Source: Chiloscyllium plagiosum (Eukaryota). Taken from it: a DNA stretch of 20,000 nt. A model generated the notes under the pieces. It did no database searches. It was not told the origin of the DNA and saw only the letters and a program-made list of their open reading frames with translations. Positions 10,646 through 20,000 of the stretch are shown here, in pieces (the stretch's first letter is position 1; every line of letters starts with the position of its first letter). The translations under genes were made by a program, and so were the position numbers. Location of the stretch: contig NC_057719.1 in assembly GCF_004010195.1 (NCBI RefSeq), positions 58,339,048 to 58,359,047 of the forward strand, read 5' to 3'.

Positions 10646-10769
10646 ACCAGTGTTTTTTAAACCTCACATAAAAGTATTTGAATTGGTCAATAATGATGGC
10701 TCCTTGTACAATTTGGCTTCCCTCAAATTTGTCACCATCCTCTGCCTGCTCTGTAGTGCGCAAGCCAGG

Positions 10770-11372
10770 AATGTAATCAACAAACCTCCACCACCTCCTG
10801 TGGCAGTTCATTCCACACATTGATCACCCTCTCCATGAGTGCCTTTTAAATCTTTCCTAAGGTCTTAGGGAATATTGCTGAACAAAGGTACTTTGGAATG
10901 CAGGTTCATAACTCCTTGAACGCAGGTAGATAGGATAGTGAAGAAGGTATTTGGTATGCTTTCCTTTATAGAAGCATTGAGTATAGGAGTTGGGAGGTCA
11001 TGTTGCAGCTGTACAGGACATTGGTTAGGCCACGTTTGGTACATTGTGTGCAATATTCTCAGCTTAAACCTATGCCCTCTAATTTTGGATTACACAACCC
11101 TGTGAAAAAGACAGTGGCTATGCACCCTATCCATACCTCTCATGATTTTATAAACCTCTATAAAGGTCACCTCTCAGCCTCCAATACTCCAGGAAAAAAA
11201 ATCCTCTGGCTTTAACTCAAACCCGCTAATCCCAGCAACATCTTTGTAAATCTTTTCTGAACCCTTTCAAGTTTAACATCTTTCTGATAGCGTGGAGATC
11301 AGAATTGAATGCAATATTCTAAAGCGGCCTCCCCAATGTCCTACACAGCCACAACCAATTCCTCTACTCAAC
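10770..11372 (-). mobile_element. Antisense CR1 3' fragment interrupted by a sense-strand internal CR1 fragment (~10857-11057)
   Basis: 10780-10857 and 11058-11372 are approximately collinear with the reverse complement of 8950-9380. The insert matches ~8820-9030 (MLQLYRTLVRPRLVHC). Confidence 0.75.
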
Positions 11373-11374
11373 AT

Positions 11375-11735
11375 TCTGGTTGTAAATTTGCTTGCTGAGC
11401 TGGTAGATATGTTCTCAGATGTTTCATGACCATGCTAAGTAACATCATCAGTGAGCCTCCAGTGAAGCATTGGTGTTCTCCCCCAATAGCAATTTATCTG
11501 TCTTGGTTTGTTGTGATGGGTGACATCATTTCCAGTTCCGTTTCTGAGGTTGATAAATGGGGGCTCCAAATTTATATGTTTGTCGATGGAATTCCAGTTT
11601 GAATGCCAGGCCTTTGGAAATCCCATGCTTGTTTTTGTTTAGCCTGTCCCAGTTGAACTGATGTCCCTCTTCATCTGGGTGTATGGATACCAGTGATAGT
11701 TGGTCATGCCTTTTGGTGGCTAGTTGCTGCTCTTG
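11375..11735 (-). mobile_element. Penelope-like element 3' fragment (GIY-YIG C-terminal region and hammerhead relic)
   Basis: The minus strand encodes QLATKRHDQLSLVSIHPDEEGHQFNW and AWHSNWNSIDKHINL. It is followed by CTGATGA-TGTTAC..GGTCAT-GAAACATC at 11451-11418 and is homologous to 17180-17530. Confidence 0.8.
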
Positions 11736-12120
11736 TCTACTGGTGGCTAGTTTTCTGCCTGTTTGTCAAAGTTCTGACCAAAGAAAGCAAGTGTACCAAA
11801 CTCCTCTGGTTGATCATTTTGTGGAACAACCCCTGCAGCCCTCAATCTCTGAGATTCAACCTATCAACCATTTTAATTCTCTGTTCACATCCATCTTCGC
11901 TACTATTCTGTTCAAATGAAGGTACTTTACAGTTTTCTGAAAATAACATAAATTTAACAATTTCAAATCCTAATCCGGCTTTCATTTTAGTTAATATAGT
12001 TAGCAAGTTTGCAGATGACACCAAATTTGGAGGTGTAGTGAATAGTGAAGAAGGCTACCTCAGAGTACAATGGGATCTTGTTCCAATGTGCCAATGGGTT
12101 GAGTAGTGGCAGATTGAATT

Positions 12121-12150
12121 TAGATTAGATTAGATTAGATTAGATTAGAT
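12121..12150. repeat. (TAGAT)6 microsatellite forming the SINE tail
   Basis: Directly visible in the sequence. Confidence 0.95.
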
Positions 12151-12448
12151 TACAGTGTGGAAACAGGCCCTTCGGCCCAACAAGTCCACACTGACCTGCC
12201 GAAGCGAAACCACCCATACCCCTACATTTACCCCTTACCTAACACTACAGGCAATTTAGTATGGCCAATTCACCTGACCCTGCACATCTTTGGATGGTGG
12301 GAGGAAACCGGAGCACCCGGAGGAAACCCACGCAGACACTGGGAGAACGTGCAAACTCCACACAGTCAGTTGCCTGAGGTGGGAATTGAACCCGGGTCTC
12401 TGGCACTGTGAGGCAGCAGTGCTAACCACTGTGCCACCGTGCCGCCCA
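12124..12448 (-). mobile_element. Full-length tRNA-derived V-SINE (shark HE1-like) with 7-bp TSD AATTTAG
   Basis: The minus strand starts GGGCGGCACGGTGGCACAGTGG (A box) and has GGTTCAATTCC (B box), the V-domain GTGGAGTTTGCACGTTCTCC..GGGTTTCCTCCGGGTGCTCCGGTTTCCTCCCAC, a LINE-like 3' end and an (ATCTA)n tail. TSD at 12117-12123 and 12449-12455. Confidence 0.92.
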
Positions 12449-13639
12449 AATTTAGTTTCGATAAATGTGAGATGCTGCATTTTGGGAAAGCAAATCTTAG
12501 CAGGACTGAGACACTTAATGGTAAGGTCCCAGGGAGTGTTGCTGAACGAAGAAACCTTGGAGTGCAGGTTCACAGCTCCTTGAACGTAGAGGTGCAGGTA
12601 GATAGGAGGCCTTTGATATGCTTTCCTTTATTGGTCAGAGCATTGAGTTGGGAGGTCATGTTGCGGCTATACAGGACATTGGTTAGGCCACTTTTGGAAT
12701 ATTGCATGCAATTCTGGTCTCCTTCTTATCGGAAAGATGTTGTGAAACTTGAAAGGGTTCAGAAAAGATTTACAAGGATGTTGCCAGGGTTGGAGGGTTT
12801 GAGCTATAGGAAGAGGCTGGGGCTGCTTTCCCTGGAGCGCCAAAGGCTGAGTGGAGACCTCATAGAGGTTTATAAAATCATGAGGGGCATGGATAGGATA
12901 AATAGACAAGGTCTTTTCCCTGGGGTGTGTAAAGTCCAGAACTAGAGGGGGTAGGTTTACGGTGAGAGAGGAAAGATGCAAAAGGGGCTTAAGGGGCAAC
13001 TTTTTCACACAGAGGGTGTATGTGTATGGAATGAGCTGCCAGAGGAAGTGGTTAAGGCTGGTACAATTGCAACGTTTAAAAGGCATCTGGTTGAGTATAC
13101 GAATAAGAAAGGTTCAGAGGGATGTGGGCCACGTGCTCGCAAATGGGACTAGGTTAGATTGGGATATCTGATCAGCTTGGACGAGTTGAACCGAAGGGTC
13201 TGTTTCCGTGCAATATGGGTATTTTGCAAAATATCAGTTGATATTAATTTTGCAACCGTCATTTACACTTTTAAACCTATTTTCTTGCCCTATCTCCATC
13301 TATTCCTCATTCATCATTCGGCATTTCATTTTTGTTTCTTTTTTCTCAGTACTTCTTTATTGTCTGTCACTCCTCGTTCTTCCTCAAAACCTGCCCGTTC
13401 TGAGAACAGGTCATAATAAAGTTAATCTCGAATGATGTCGCAAAATCTGCTATGTATTTCTAGGGTTCTTTTGTATTTAGCGACTACAGTGATTTGCTTT
13501 TACACTAACTGTACTGACTTGTGCTATTTTTAAAAATGAGTGGCACACTGGCGAAAGCTTAACCCGTCTTTTCTCTAGTTTCAGATACTGACTGACCTGT
13601 TGCCCAACCTGCTTACACTGTTCAATCTATAGATGACCC

Positions 13640-14080
13640 TAATAATCTGCGGCGGTTGCAACTCGATAAGGCTCAGCGTGTTCAGTCATTTCCAGGAAAC
13701 ATTAAATCCAAGTGAGCGCGGCAGTAGAAAGTGTCAGCACAAACTAACGATGAAATGAGTCATGTCGCATCTCACATTTCAGGTAGTTGATTACAGAAAC
13801 AGCTCCAGTACTGACTATGACAACAAGTAAACAGAGTAGACTGCCACCCTAAACAAATTGCACGATTGCTGCAGGTGATGGTATCTCGTGACCCGGAAGC
13901 GCTGTGTTCCGTCGCTCGAGCTGCATTCGAATACTGGACGGTTAGGATCGGTTGTTGAAAACGCGATCGGACGGAAGTTGGAGCAGGACTGCTACGGCTG
14001 CGATGAGCTTCAACCAATATAAGTTACAGTCTACAGGGTCAGACAAATTTCTGCTATAAAGCTTCATATTTGCGACAAGT
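13640..14080. promoter_or_regulatory. Candidate CpG-rich Pol II promoter (possibly bidirectional)
   Basis: About 16 CpGs in 13861-14010 against a CpG-poor background. ETS-type CCGGAAG (13893-13899) and CGGAAGT (13972-13978), TCTCGTGA (13884-13891), AP-1 TGAGTCA (13756-13762), CCAAT (14014-14018). Lies in a stretch without recognisable TEs. Confidence 0.6.
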
Positions 14081-15249
14081 AAATGACTGAGCGAATTGTT
14101 TGGATTTATGATGTTAATTAGTTAGTTAGGAAGGCTGGATGGATGGGTGGGTGGCGAGTGCCAGCTGGCATTTTGTGTTGTGCCTATTGGCTGATGGTAT
14201 CTGTTTATGCTACAACCTTCAAGATCAGGGCAATAGTTACTTCTGTGCCATTGGTGCTCTCTGTGATAAATGAATCATGATTAAATAAATAAACAAACAG
14301 GAATTCTGGAGATCCATAATATTTTGGTCGCTAAAACAATAATTAAACAGTTCACAGAGATATCAGATATTTGTGTTTGTTGCAGTTGGCTGAATGATAG
14401 ATGTCCAGTTGAGTTATGCCTAAGGTTGCGAAACAAAGTTAACAAAAGAATAACATAAACAATGATAATGATGTAGTATAGTAGTACGAATACGTGGATT
14501 TTATTCTGGGCTAATTTATGATATTCGAGTTGAAATTGGCCATTTGTGCGATACTGTTGAATTTAGTAAATATTCTACCTTGATTGATAGGATCATGAAT
14601 GGTTTGCTATGTTGTGTTTGTGAGTTTGATGTCTTATGGATTGTTGTTATTATTGAATGTATTTTGTGGAAATATTTCAATCGTGGGTAATAGAATTGCA
14701 CATTATTTTGGTTCAGAACAATAAATATTTGTATGAAATACTATGTGACAGTTGTAAAACGCTTTGTACTTATTTAATTAGTGAAGTTTTGTACATTTAT
14801 ATATTTTTTCCAAAAACAGTTTTGCTAAGACAACTTTAAAATCTATTTTAATTTGCATGAATGTTACTTGAGACAATTTTGAAACAATTAGAACCCATCG
14901 AATTTTGCAAATATATCACTGATAACTCAATGATTATTTCTTAGAGGAGCAAAAATTGCAATTGATTGCAAAGCTTTATACATAATATTGTTTTATAGGT
15001 CAAGACATTCAGTTGGCTAATGCACTTTACAGCCATTGAGTTTTTTTAAAATCCAAACTTTACTTTCATAAAAGTGTTGCTGAAGGGGGGAGATCAAGTT
15101 GTGGAGCCATGGTTCTTTTAGCTCAAAGACTCTCTTTGCTCAAAGACCTGGACTTAATGCAGATTGAAGTATTGATGGTGTCATCTCTATCTAATGGTAG
15201 TCACACTAACCTGAAATAAATTATCATATTTTGGTTTTCTGTGCTGTAA

Positions 15250-16640
15250 CCTCTCAACACATGTCTGTGATGGCTCTTGAAGCACAATTCGCTAGTCCCA
15301 TTCTTTCTACTTTTCCCCCAAAGCTTTCCCTTTTTTTCCGGATAGTTATCCAGTTCTTCTTTGAAAACTGCAATTGAATTTGCCTCGAGCACTCATTTTC
15401 AGACAGATAGATCTTAACTGTGTCATTAAAAGTCTTCCCTCATGTAATTTTTGGTTCATTTTCCTTTCATATCAAATTGGTGACCTCTGTTTCATGACCT
15501 TTATGCAAATGGGAACAACGTTTTCCCCATCTACCTTGTCCAGACATCTCATGATTTGTTAGACACGTTCAAAATGAACTTTCAATTTTTACTGCTTTAA
15601 AGAGGGCAGCCTCAGTTTGTCAAATATTTCCATGTAACCGAGGCTTTGAATCCTTAGGACCATTCACAAATGTTTTCTACACCCACTCTTAATACTTGTG
15701 TATTCTTCTTGAAATGTATTCCATTGGCTATAGGGAGAGGTTGAATAGGCTGGGGCTGTTTTCCCTGGAGTGTCAGAGGCTGAGGAGTGACCTTATAAAG
15801 GCTTATAAAATCATGAGGGGCATGAATAGGATAAATAGACAAAGTCTTTTCCCTGGGGTGGGGTAGTCCAGAATTAAAGGGCATAGTTTTGGGATGACAG
15901 GGGAAAGATAGAAAAGAGACCTAAGGGGCAACATTTTCACGCAGAGGATGGTACGTGTATGGAATGAGCTACCAGAGGAAGTGGCGGAGGCTAGTACAGT
16001 TGCAGAATTTAAAAGGCATGTGTATATGAATAGGAATGGTTTAGAGGGATATGGGCCAGGTGCTGGCAAGTGGGACTAGATTAGTCTGGGATATCTGGTC
16101 GGCATGGATAAGTTGGACCAAAGGGTCTGTTTCCGTGCTGTACATCTTTACTTTTACTTTCTTACTTTACTTTCTTACAGTGTGGAAACTCTATGACAGT
16201 ATTCTAGTTCAGTCAAAGTTTGTGAGTGCTCGTCATAACTCCTTCCTTTGTACTCTGCCTTGCTTCATAACGCCCAAGATCTTGTGTGCCTTATTATTCA
16301 TGATCTTGATCTACCCTGCCACCTTCAATAATTTGTACCCATAAGCTCTCAGGTTCTCCACTCCTATATCCCTGCTTAGAACTGTATCCTTTTTGTGTAT
16401 GTCCTTTCTTCATTGTTCGCATCAAAACTATGACACAGCTTTCTACATCAAATTTTATCTGCCACATATTTCTTCATTGCATAAGCCTCTATCTTGTTCG
16501 AATGTATCCTCGCTGCTCAGGTTCTTGAAAGATTTTTCCATTGCAAATTGTGACATTATAAATTTTAAAATTGTACTGTGCGCATCTAGGTTATTGACAT
16601 TGTTCAAGAAAAGCAGAGATTTCTGATATCATCCTCTGAA
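15250..16640 (-). mobile_element. Ancient, highly degenerate antisense CR1, interrupted by a younger CR1 at 15727-16197
   Basis: The minus ORF LEANSIAVFKEELDNY resembles the CR1 ORF2 C-terminus. 16225-16460 resembles more upstream antisense CR1 ORF2 sequence. Confidence 0.55.
15727..16197 (+). mobile_element. Strongly 5'-truncated CR1 (HER1-like) 3' end
   Basis: Collinear with 9120-9552; ends GTCTGTTTCCGTGCTGTACATCT..CTATGAC. Confidence 0.92.
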
Positions 16641-16649
16641 GAAACCCTG

Positions 16650-16822
16650 GTGAGGCAGTCATGTCATGATAATGTTTCTGTGATAGTAGAACCCCAGAAC
16701 CCTTGGCTAATGCTTAATTACATGGGTTTGAATGGTGAATTTTGAATTCAGGAAAAACTGGAAATAAGAGTTAGCCTCACAGCAGCCAAGTTGATTGTCA
16801 TAAAAATCTACCTGGTCCTTTA
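16650..16822 (+). mobile_element. Degenerate tRNA-derived SINE head and body (second SINE family)
   Basis: GAGGCAGTCATGTCATGATAATG..CCAGA..GGCTAATGCT..CATGGGTTTGAAT..TTGATTGTCATAAAAA resembles a shark SINE I recall. A and B boxes are decayed. Confidence 0.45.
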
Positions 16823-16859
16823 ATATAAGTACTGAACTCATGTTGAACTTGTGTTGGTT

Positions 16860-16982
16860 TGGGTTTTATTAGTAGCTGGTGTGGTGTGGCTGTTGGTTGG
16901 TGTGCCACCATAATATCAATGGCTGTGACAACCTGGTAGTTAATTCTGATATGTTCTTCATGTAGGATAGCCAGTGTGTTTG
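16860..16982 (-). mobile_element. Penelope-like ORF fragment, antisense
   Basis: The minus strand encodes YMKNISELTTRL..DIMVAHQPTATPHQLL, the RT to GIY-YIG linker. Confidence 0.7.
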
Positions 16983-16984
16983 TA

Positions 16985-17585
16985 ATAACCAGGCTGTTAC
17001 GACTGCTAGGTGTTATGATGGCACACCAACCAGCAACCACACTACACCAGCTACTTACCAGGACTAAGGACTCCACACCCACAGCCTGCAGGACCAAGGT
17101 GGTATACAAAATTCCTTGTAACAACTGCATTAAGTACTACATCGGACAAACAAGTAAAAAAATCCAGCCTTTCAACTTCACAAACAACAACTGGCTACTA
17201 AACAACATGATCCACTCTCCCTCATCTCCGTACACTCAGACCAAGAGGGCCATCAATTCAACTATGACAAAGTTACTATCCTCGGGCAGGCCACCCAGAG
17301 ACACATGAGAGTTCTTGAAAGTCTGGTTTTCAACCAAAAAGGCCGTCAACAGACATACACCCAGTGTACAATTTGCTGCCGAGAAGACCCAGAAGTGACA
17401 CTCGCCTCAACAGACTGGACCACACAAAAAAAACTAAGCAGGACAGAACAACAGTGCTTCACAGAAGTTGCACTGATGATGTTACCCGCTTTGGTAATGA
17501 AACGTGTGCACAATAACCCAGCAGCTCAGCGAGTTAACAAAATACCTCATTCACAACCTGAGCTACAGATCTTCACAAAAACCTA
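16985..17585 (+). mobile_element. Penelope-like element 3' fragment: GIY-YIG endonuclease and terminal region with hammerhead
   Basis: VVYKIPCNNCIKYYIGQT is the GIY-YIG motif with the CxxC insert typical of PLEs. Frameshifted afterwards. Hammerhead at 17469-17510. Confidence 0.88.
17469..17510 (+). ncRNA. Minimal type I hammerhead ribozyme, core boxes intact but cleavage triplet GUG
   Basis: Stem I TGCA/TGCA; CTGATGA 17473-17479; stem II GTTACC/GGTAAT; GAAA 17499-17502; palindromic ACGT stem III. Confidence 0.75.
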
Positions 17586-17609
17586 AAAAATGAAAACAAA
17601 ATTTCAATG

Positions 17610-17768
17610 CAGAGGAACCTCGATTATCCAGCGTTCCACGATCTGAATATCGAATTATCCGGCAAGATTGCAATGTCCCGATGCTCGGCTAAACTACGTT
17701 ATCCGGCATTCGATTAACTGAATGAAATACTCCCCACCTGTGTCCTTCGGATAATCAATATTTCTCTG
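17610..17768. mobile_element. Tc1/mariner-superfamily (Tigger/pogo-like) MITE
   Basis: TIRs CAGAGGAACCTCGATTATCC and GGATAATCAATATTTCTCTG match at 16/20. Flanked by TG and TA (TA TSD with one side mutated). Internal TTATCCGGCA repeats. Confidence 0.8.
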
Positions 17769-18607
17769 TACATGTATATCATGACTCTCACAATGCACTA
17801 AACACTTAAAGTTTCATGTACTTTAATATATTTTAACAAACATTGCTGCTATAATCACTTGGCTCAACTGAACAGTAATTTTGCAGAAACTTTTCAAAAG
17901 TCAGTCAAGGGATCAATACCTCATGTATCTCCTGATGGCATTTAATGCAAACTATTATATTATAAACTGACACAGTAATCTTTTTTATGCATTCTGTAAG
18001 TGATCAATCCTTTTTTGTTAAAACAGGAAAGCAGAAATTACATTTCAGCAATACTTTTCAAACTACCTTCCAAGAAATTTAAAAAGAAGCTATCTATGAC
18101 TTCTGAATCAATGACCCCCACAAAGGAGTTCACGTTTGCTAATTCTTGCTTTGGACTTTGTGACTTTATCTTAAAAAGAAGGATATTGATATCATTGGTT
18201 ATTTTATAGTAAATAGTTGAATAATCTCTCTCTCAAATGTTCTTACAGCTGGTAAAAATAGGGAGAGATTTGTTTTTTAGATCTTTCAATCCAGAGATTA
18301 TTCCCAAGTGTCTTGTTACCACCTCAAAAGAGCTTTTATCAAACAGCTAGCTTTATTAAACTGCTGCTGAATTTATCTAGACTCCAGTCTTTCTCAGCTG
18401 AATCAAGCACATATTGCTTGTGGATTTCTTTTGCCCAGTCTCAGCTGCACTAAACTATTGGTAGCCTCCAGGGATTTTTCTTACTTTCACCTAGAGTCTG
18501 CTGATTGGGGCACTTTTTCTGATTCAGCCTTCGTCCAGCTCTAAAACTGCAACAAACTTTTCTCAGCAGTTAAATAAAACTAGAGAATTGGAATAACTTC
18601 ATGAATA

Positions 18608-20000
18608 GGAGAGAGAGAGAAACAACCTGCACAGTCACCGCCTTTGCTGTTTGAATTCGTTTATCGCTGGACATCGGAGTGCATCTGGGAAAATTAACAA
18701 ACAGTGAAATTCACAACTAATCTTGGAGGAACTGTTGGGCGAAGTTCACAGCACAAAATCAGATAAGTTAATTGTTGTTTTAAGTTTGTCCAAGAGAGAG
18801 GCTGTAGTAGTGGGTACAGTGGATTCTTTCTTGATTAAACTTAAAGTATAAACCATAGCTATTCATTTAACTTGGGGCAATGGTTGTAGAGGAATAAGAC
18901 GGTGTTATTTTCTGGGTCTGTAGATTGTGAAGGAGCAAAAATGGCCTTTGCAGTGATATGTACTTCTTGTCAGATGTGGGAGTTTAAAGAGAGTTTAAGA
19001 GTTACTGCGGATTATATCTGCCATAAATGCTGTTGGATGCGAATCTTATCAGATCGAGTGGATCAGTTGGAGAGACAGACAGAAGCGGTGAGGAATTTGC
19101 AACAGCAACAGTATGTGATGGATGGCAGTTATAGGAAGGGGGGAATGTCTCAGATACAGTCACTTAGATGGGTTAACTCCAGGAAGAATAAGAGAGGTAG
19201 GCAGCCAGAGCAGAAGTCTTTTGTGGAATTACCCATTTCAAACAGGTATGCTGTTTTGGAAAATGTAGGGGTTGATGGATTCTCAGGGGAACGTAGCACA
19301 AACAGCCAAGTTTCTGGTATTGAGACTGGCTCTAATGTAATGAGGGGTATGTCGGCTTCCAAGAGATCAATTGTGTTCGGGGATTCTGTAGTCAGAGGTA
19401 CAGACAGACGTTTCTGTGGCCAGCAGAGAAAAAGCAGAATGGTGTGTGGTTTCCCTGGTGTCAGGATCAAGGATGTCTCCGAAAAGGTGCAGAATGTTCT
19501 CACGGGGGAGAGGGGCCAGCAGGAGGTCATTGTTCACATTGGAACCAACAATATTGGAAGGGAAAAGGTTGAGACTCTGAAGGGAGATTACAGAGAATTA
19601 GGCAGAAATTTAAAATGGAGGTCCTCAAGGAGTAATATCTGGATTACTCCCAGTGCTATGAGCTAGTGAGGGCAGGAATAGGAGGATAGTGCAGATGAAT
19701 GCATGGCTCTGGAGCTGGTGTATGGGAGAAGGATTCACATTTTTGGATCATTGGAATCTCTTTTGGGGTAGAAGTGACCTGTACAAGAAGGATGGATTGC
19801 ACCTAAATTGGAAGGGGACTAATATACTCGCAGGGAAATTTGCGAGAACTGCTTGGGAGGATTTAAACTAGTAAGGTGGTGGGGTGGGACTCAGGGAGAT
19901 AGTGAGGAAAGAGATCGATCTGAGACGGGTACAGCTGAGAACAGAAGTGAGTCAAACAGTCAGGACAGGCAGGGACAAGGTAGGACTAATAAATTAAACT
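18608..20000 (+). mobile_element. Second long CR1 (HER1-like) copy: 5'UTR, ORF1 and start of ORF2, running off the window
   Basis: Collinear with 5509-6718. Confidence 0.93.
18941..19871 (+). pseudogene. CR1 ORF1p (zinc finger, coiled coil, SGNH esterase), frameshifted around 19625-19690
   Basis: CTSCQMWE..YICHKC, VFGDS, IVHIGTNN, KDGLHLN. Open for ~230 codons before the first frameshift. Confidence 0.9.

Larger units (their letters stand above)
11990..13211 (+). mobile_element. 5'-truncated CR1 (HER1-like) LINE, from RT FADD to the 3' UTR, interrupted by a SINE
   Basis: IVSKFADDTKFGG, YRTLVRPLLEYC..LERVQKRFTRMLPGL; 3' end CCGAAGGGTCTGTTTCCGTGC. Collinear with 8633-9536. Confidence 0.92.

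Noticed and set aside
12121..12153. (TTAGA)n as a telomere-like or CRISPR-like array
   Set aside because: It is the SINE 3' tail; there are no spacers and it is not TTAGGG.
12375..12447. tRNA gene
   Set aside because: The A and B boxes belong to the SINE head, followed by the V-domain and LINE-like tail. No complete cloverleaf is evident.
14003..14059. ATG-initiated micro-ORF MSFNQYKLQSTGSDKFLL near the promoter
   Set aside because: Only 18 codons with no recognisable homology; at most a uORF.
15109..15219. 36-codon ORF with a good Kozak context (GCCATGG)
   Set aside because: Short, unrecognised peptide with no strong donor; it cannot be distinguished from chance.
1..20000. Prokaryotic-type novel system (retron, DGR or defence RT) suggested by the RT, endonuclease and repeats
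   Set aside because: All RT and nuclease fragments are explained by eukaryotic CR1 and Penelope retrotransposons in CpG-depleted vertebrate DNA.

Overview
This is vertebrate genomic DNA, very probably from a shark. That call is an inference from recalled HE1/V-SINE, HER1/CR1 and elasmobranch-type Penelope repeats, not from a database search. Most of the window is transposable-element sequence: a near full-length, disabled CR1 LINE (esterase ORF1, APE-RT ORF2) nested in an older antisense CR1; the 5' part of a second copy at the right edge; many CR1 3' fragments; a V-SINE with TSD; several Penelope-like fragments, with hammerhead-ribozyme relics at four sites; a probable solo LTR; a Tigger-like MITE; and a decayed Harbinger Myb/NAIF1-like gene. 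A ~2 kb stretch with no recognisable TE (13.2-15.2 kb) holds a small CpG-rich, ETS-motif promoter candidate. I found no intact host protein-coding gene and no convincing undescribed system. The most interesting items are the hammerhead relics, a locally templated RT patch shared by two neighbouring LINEs, and the candidate promoter with possible spliced non-coding transcripts.
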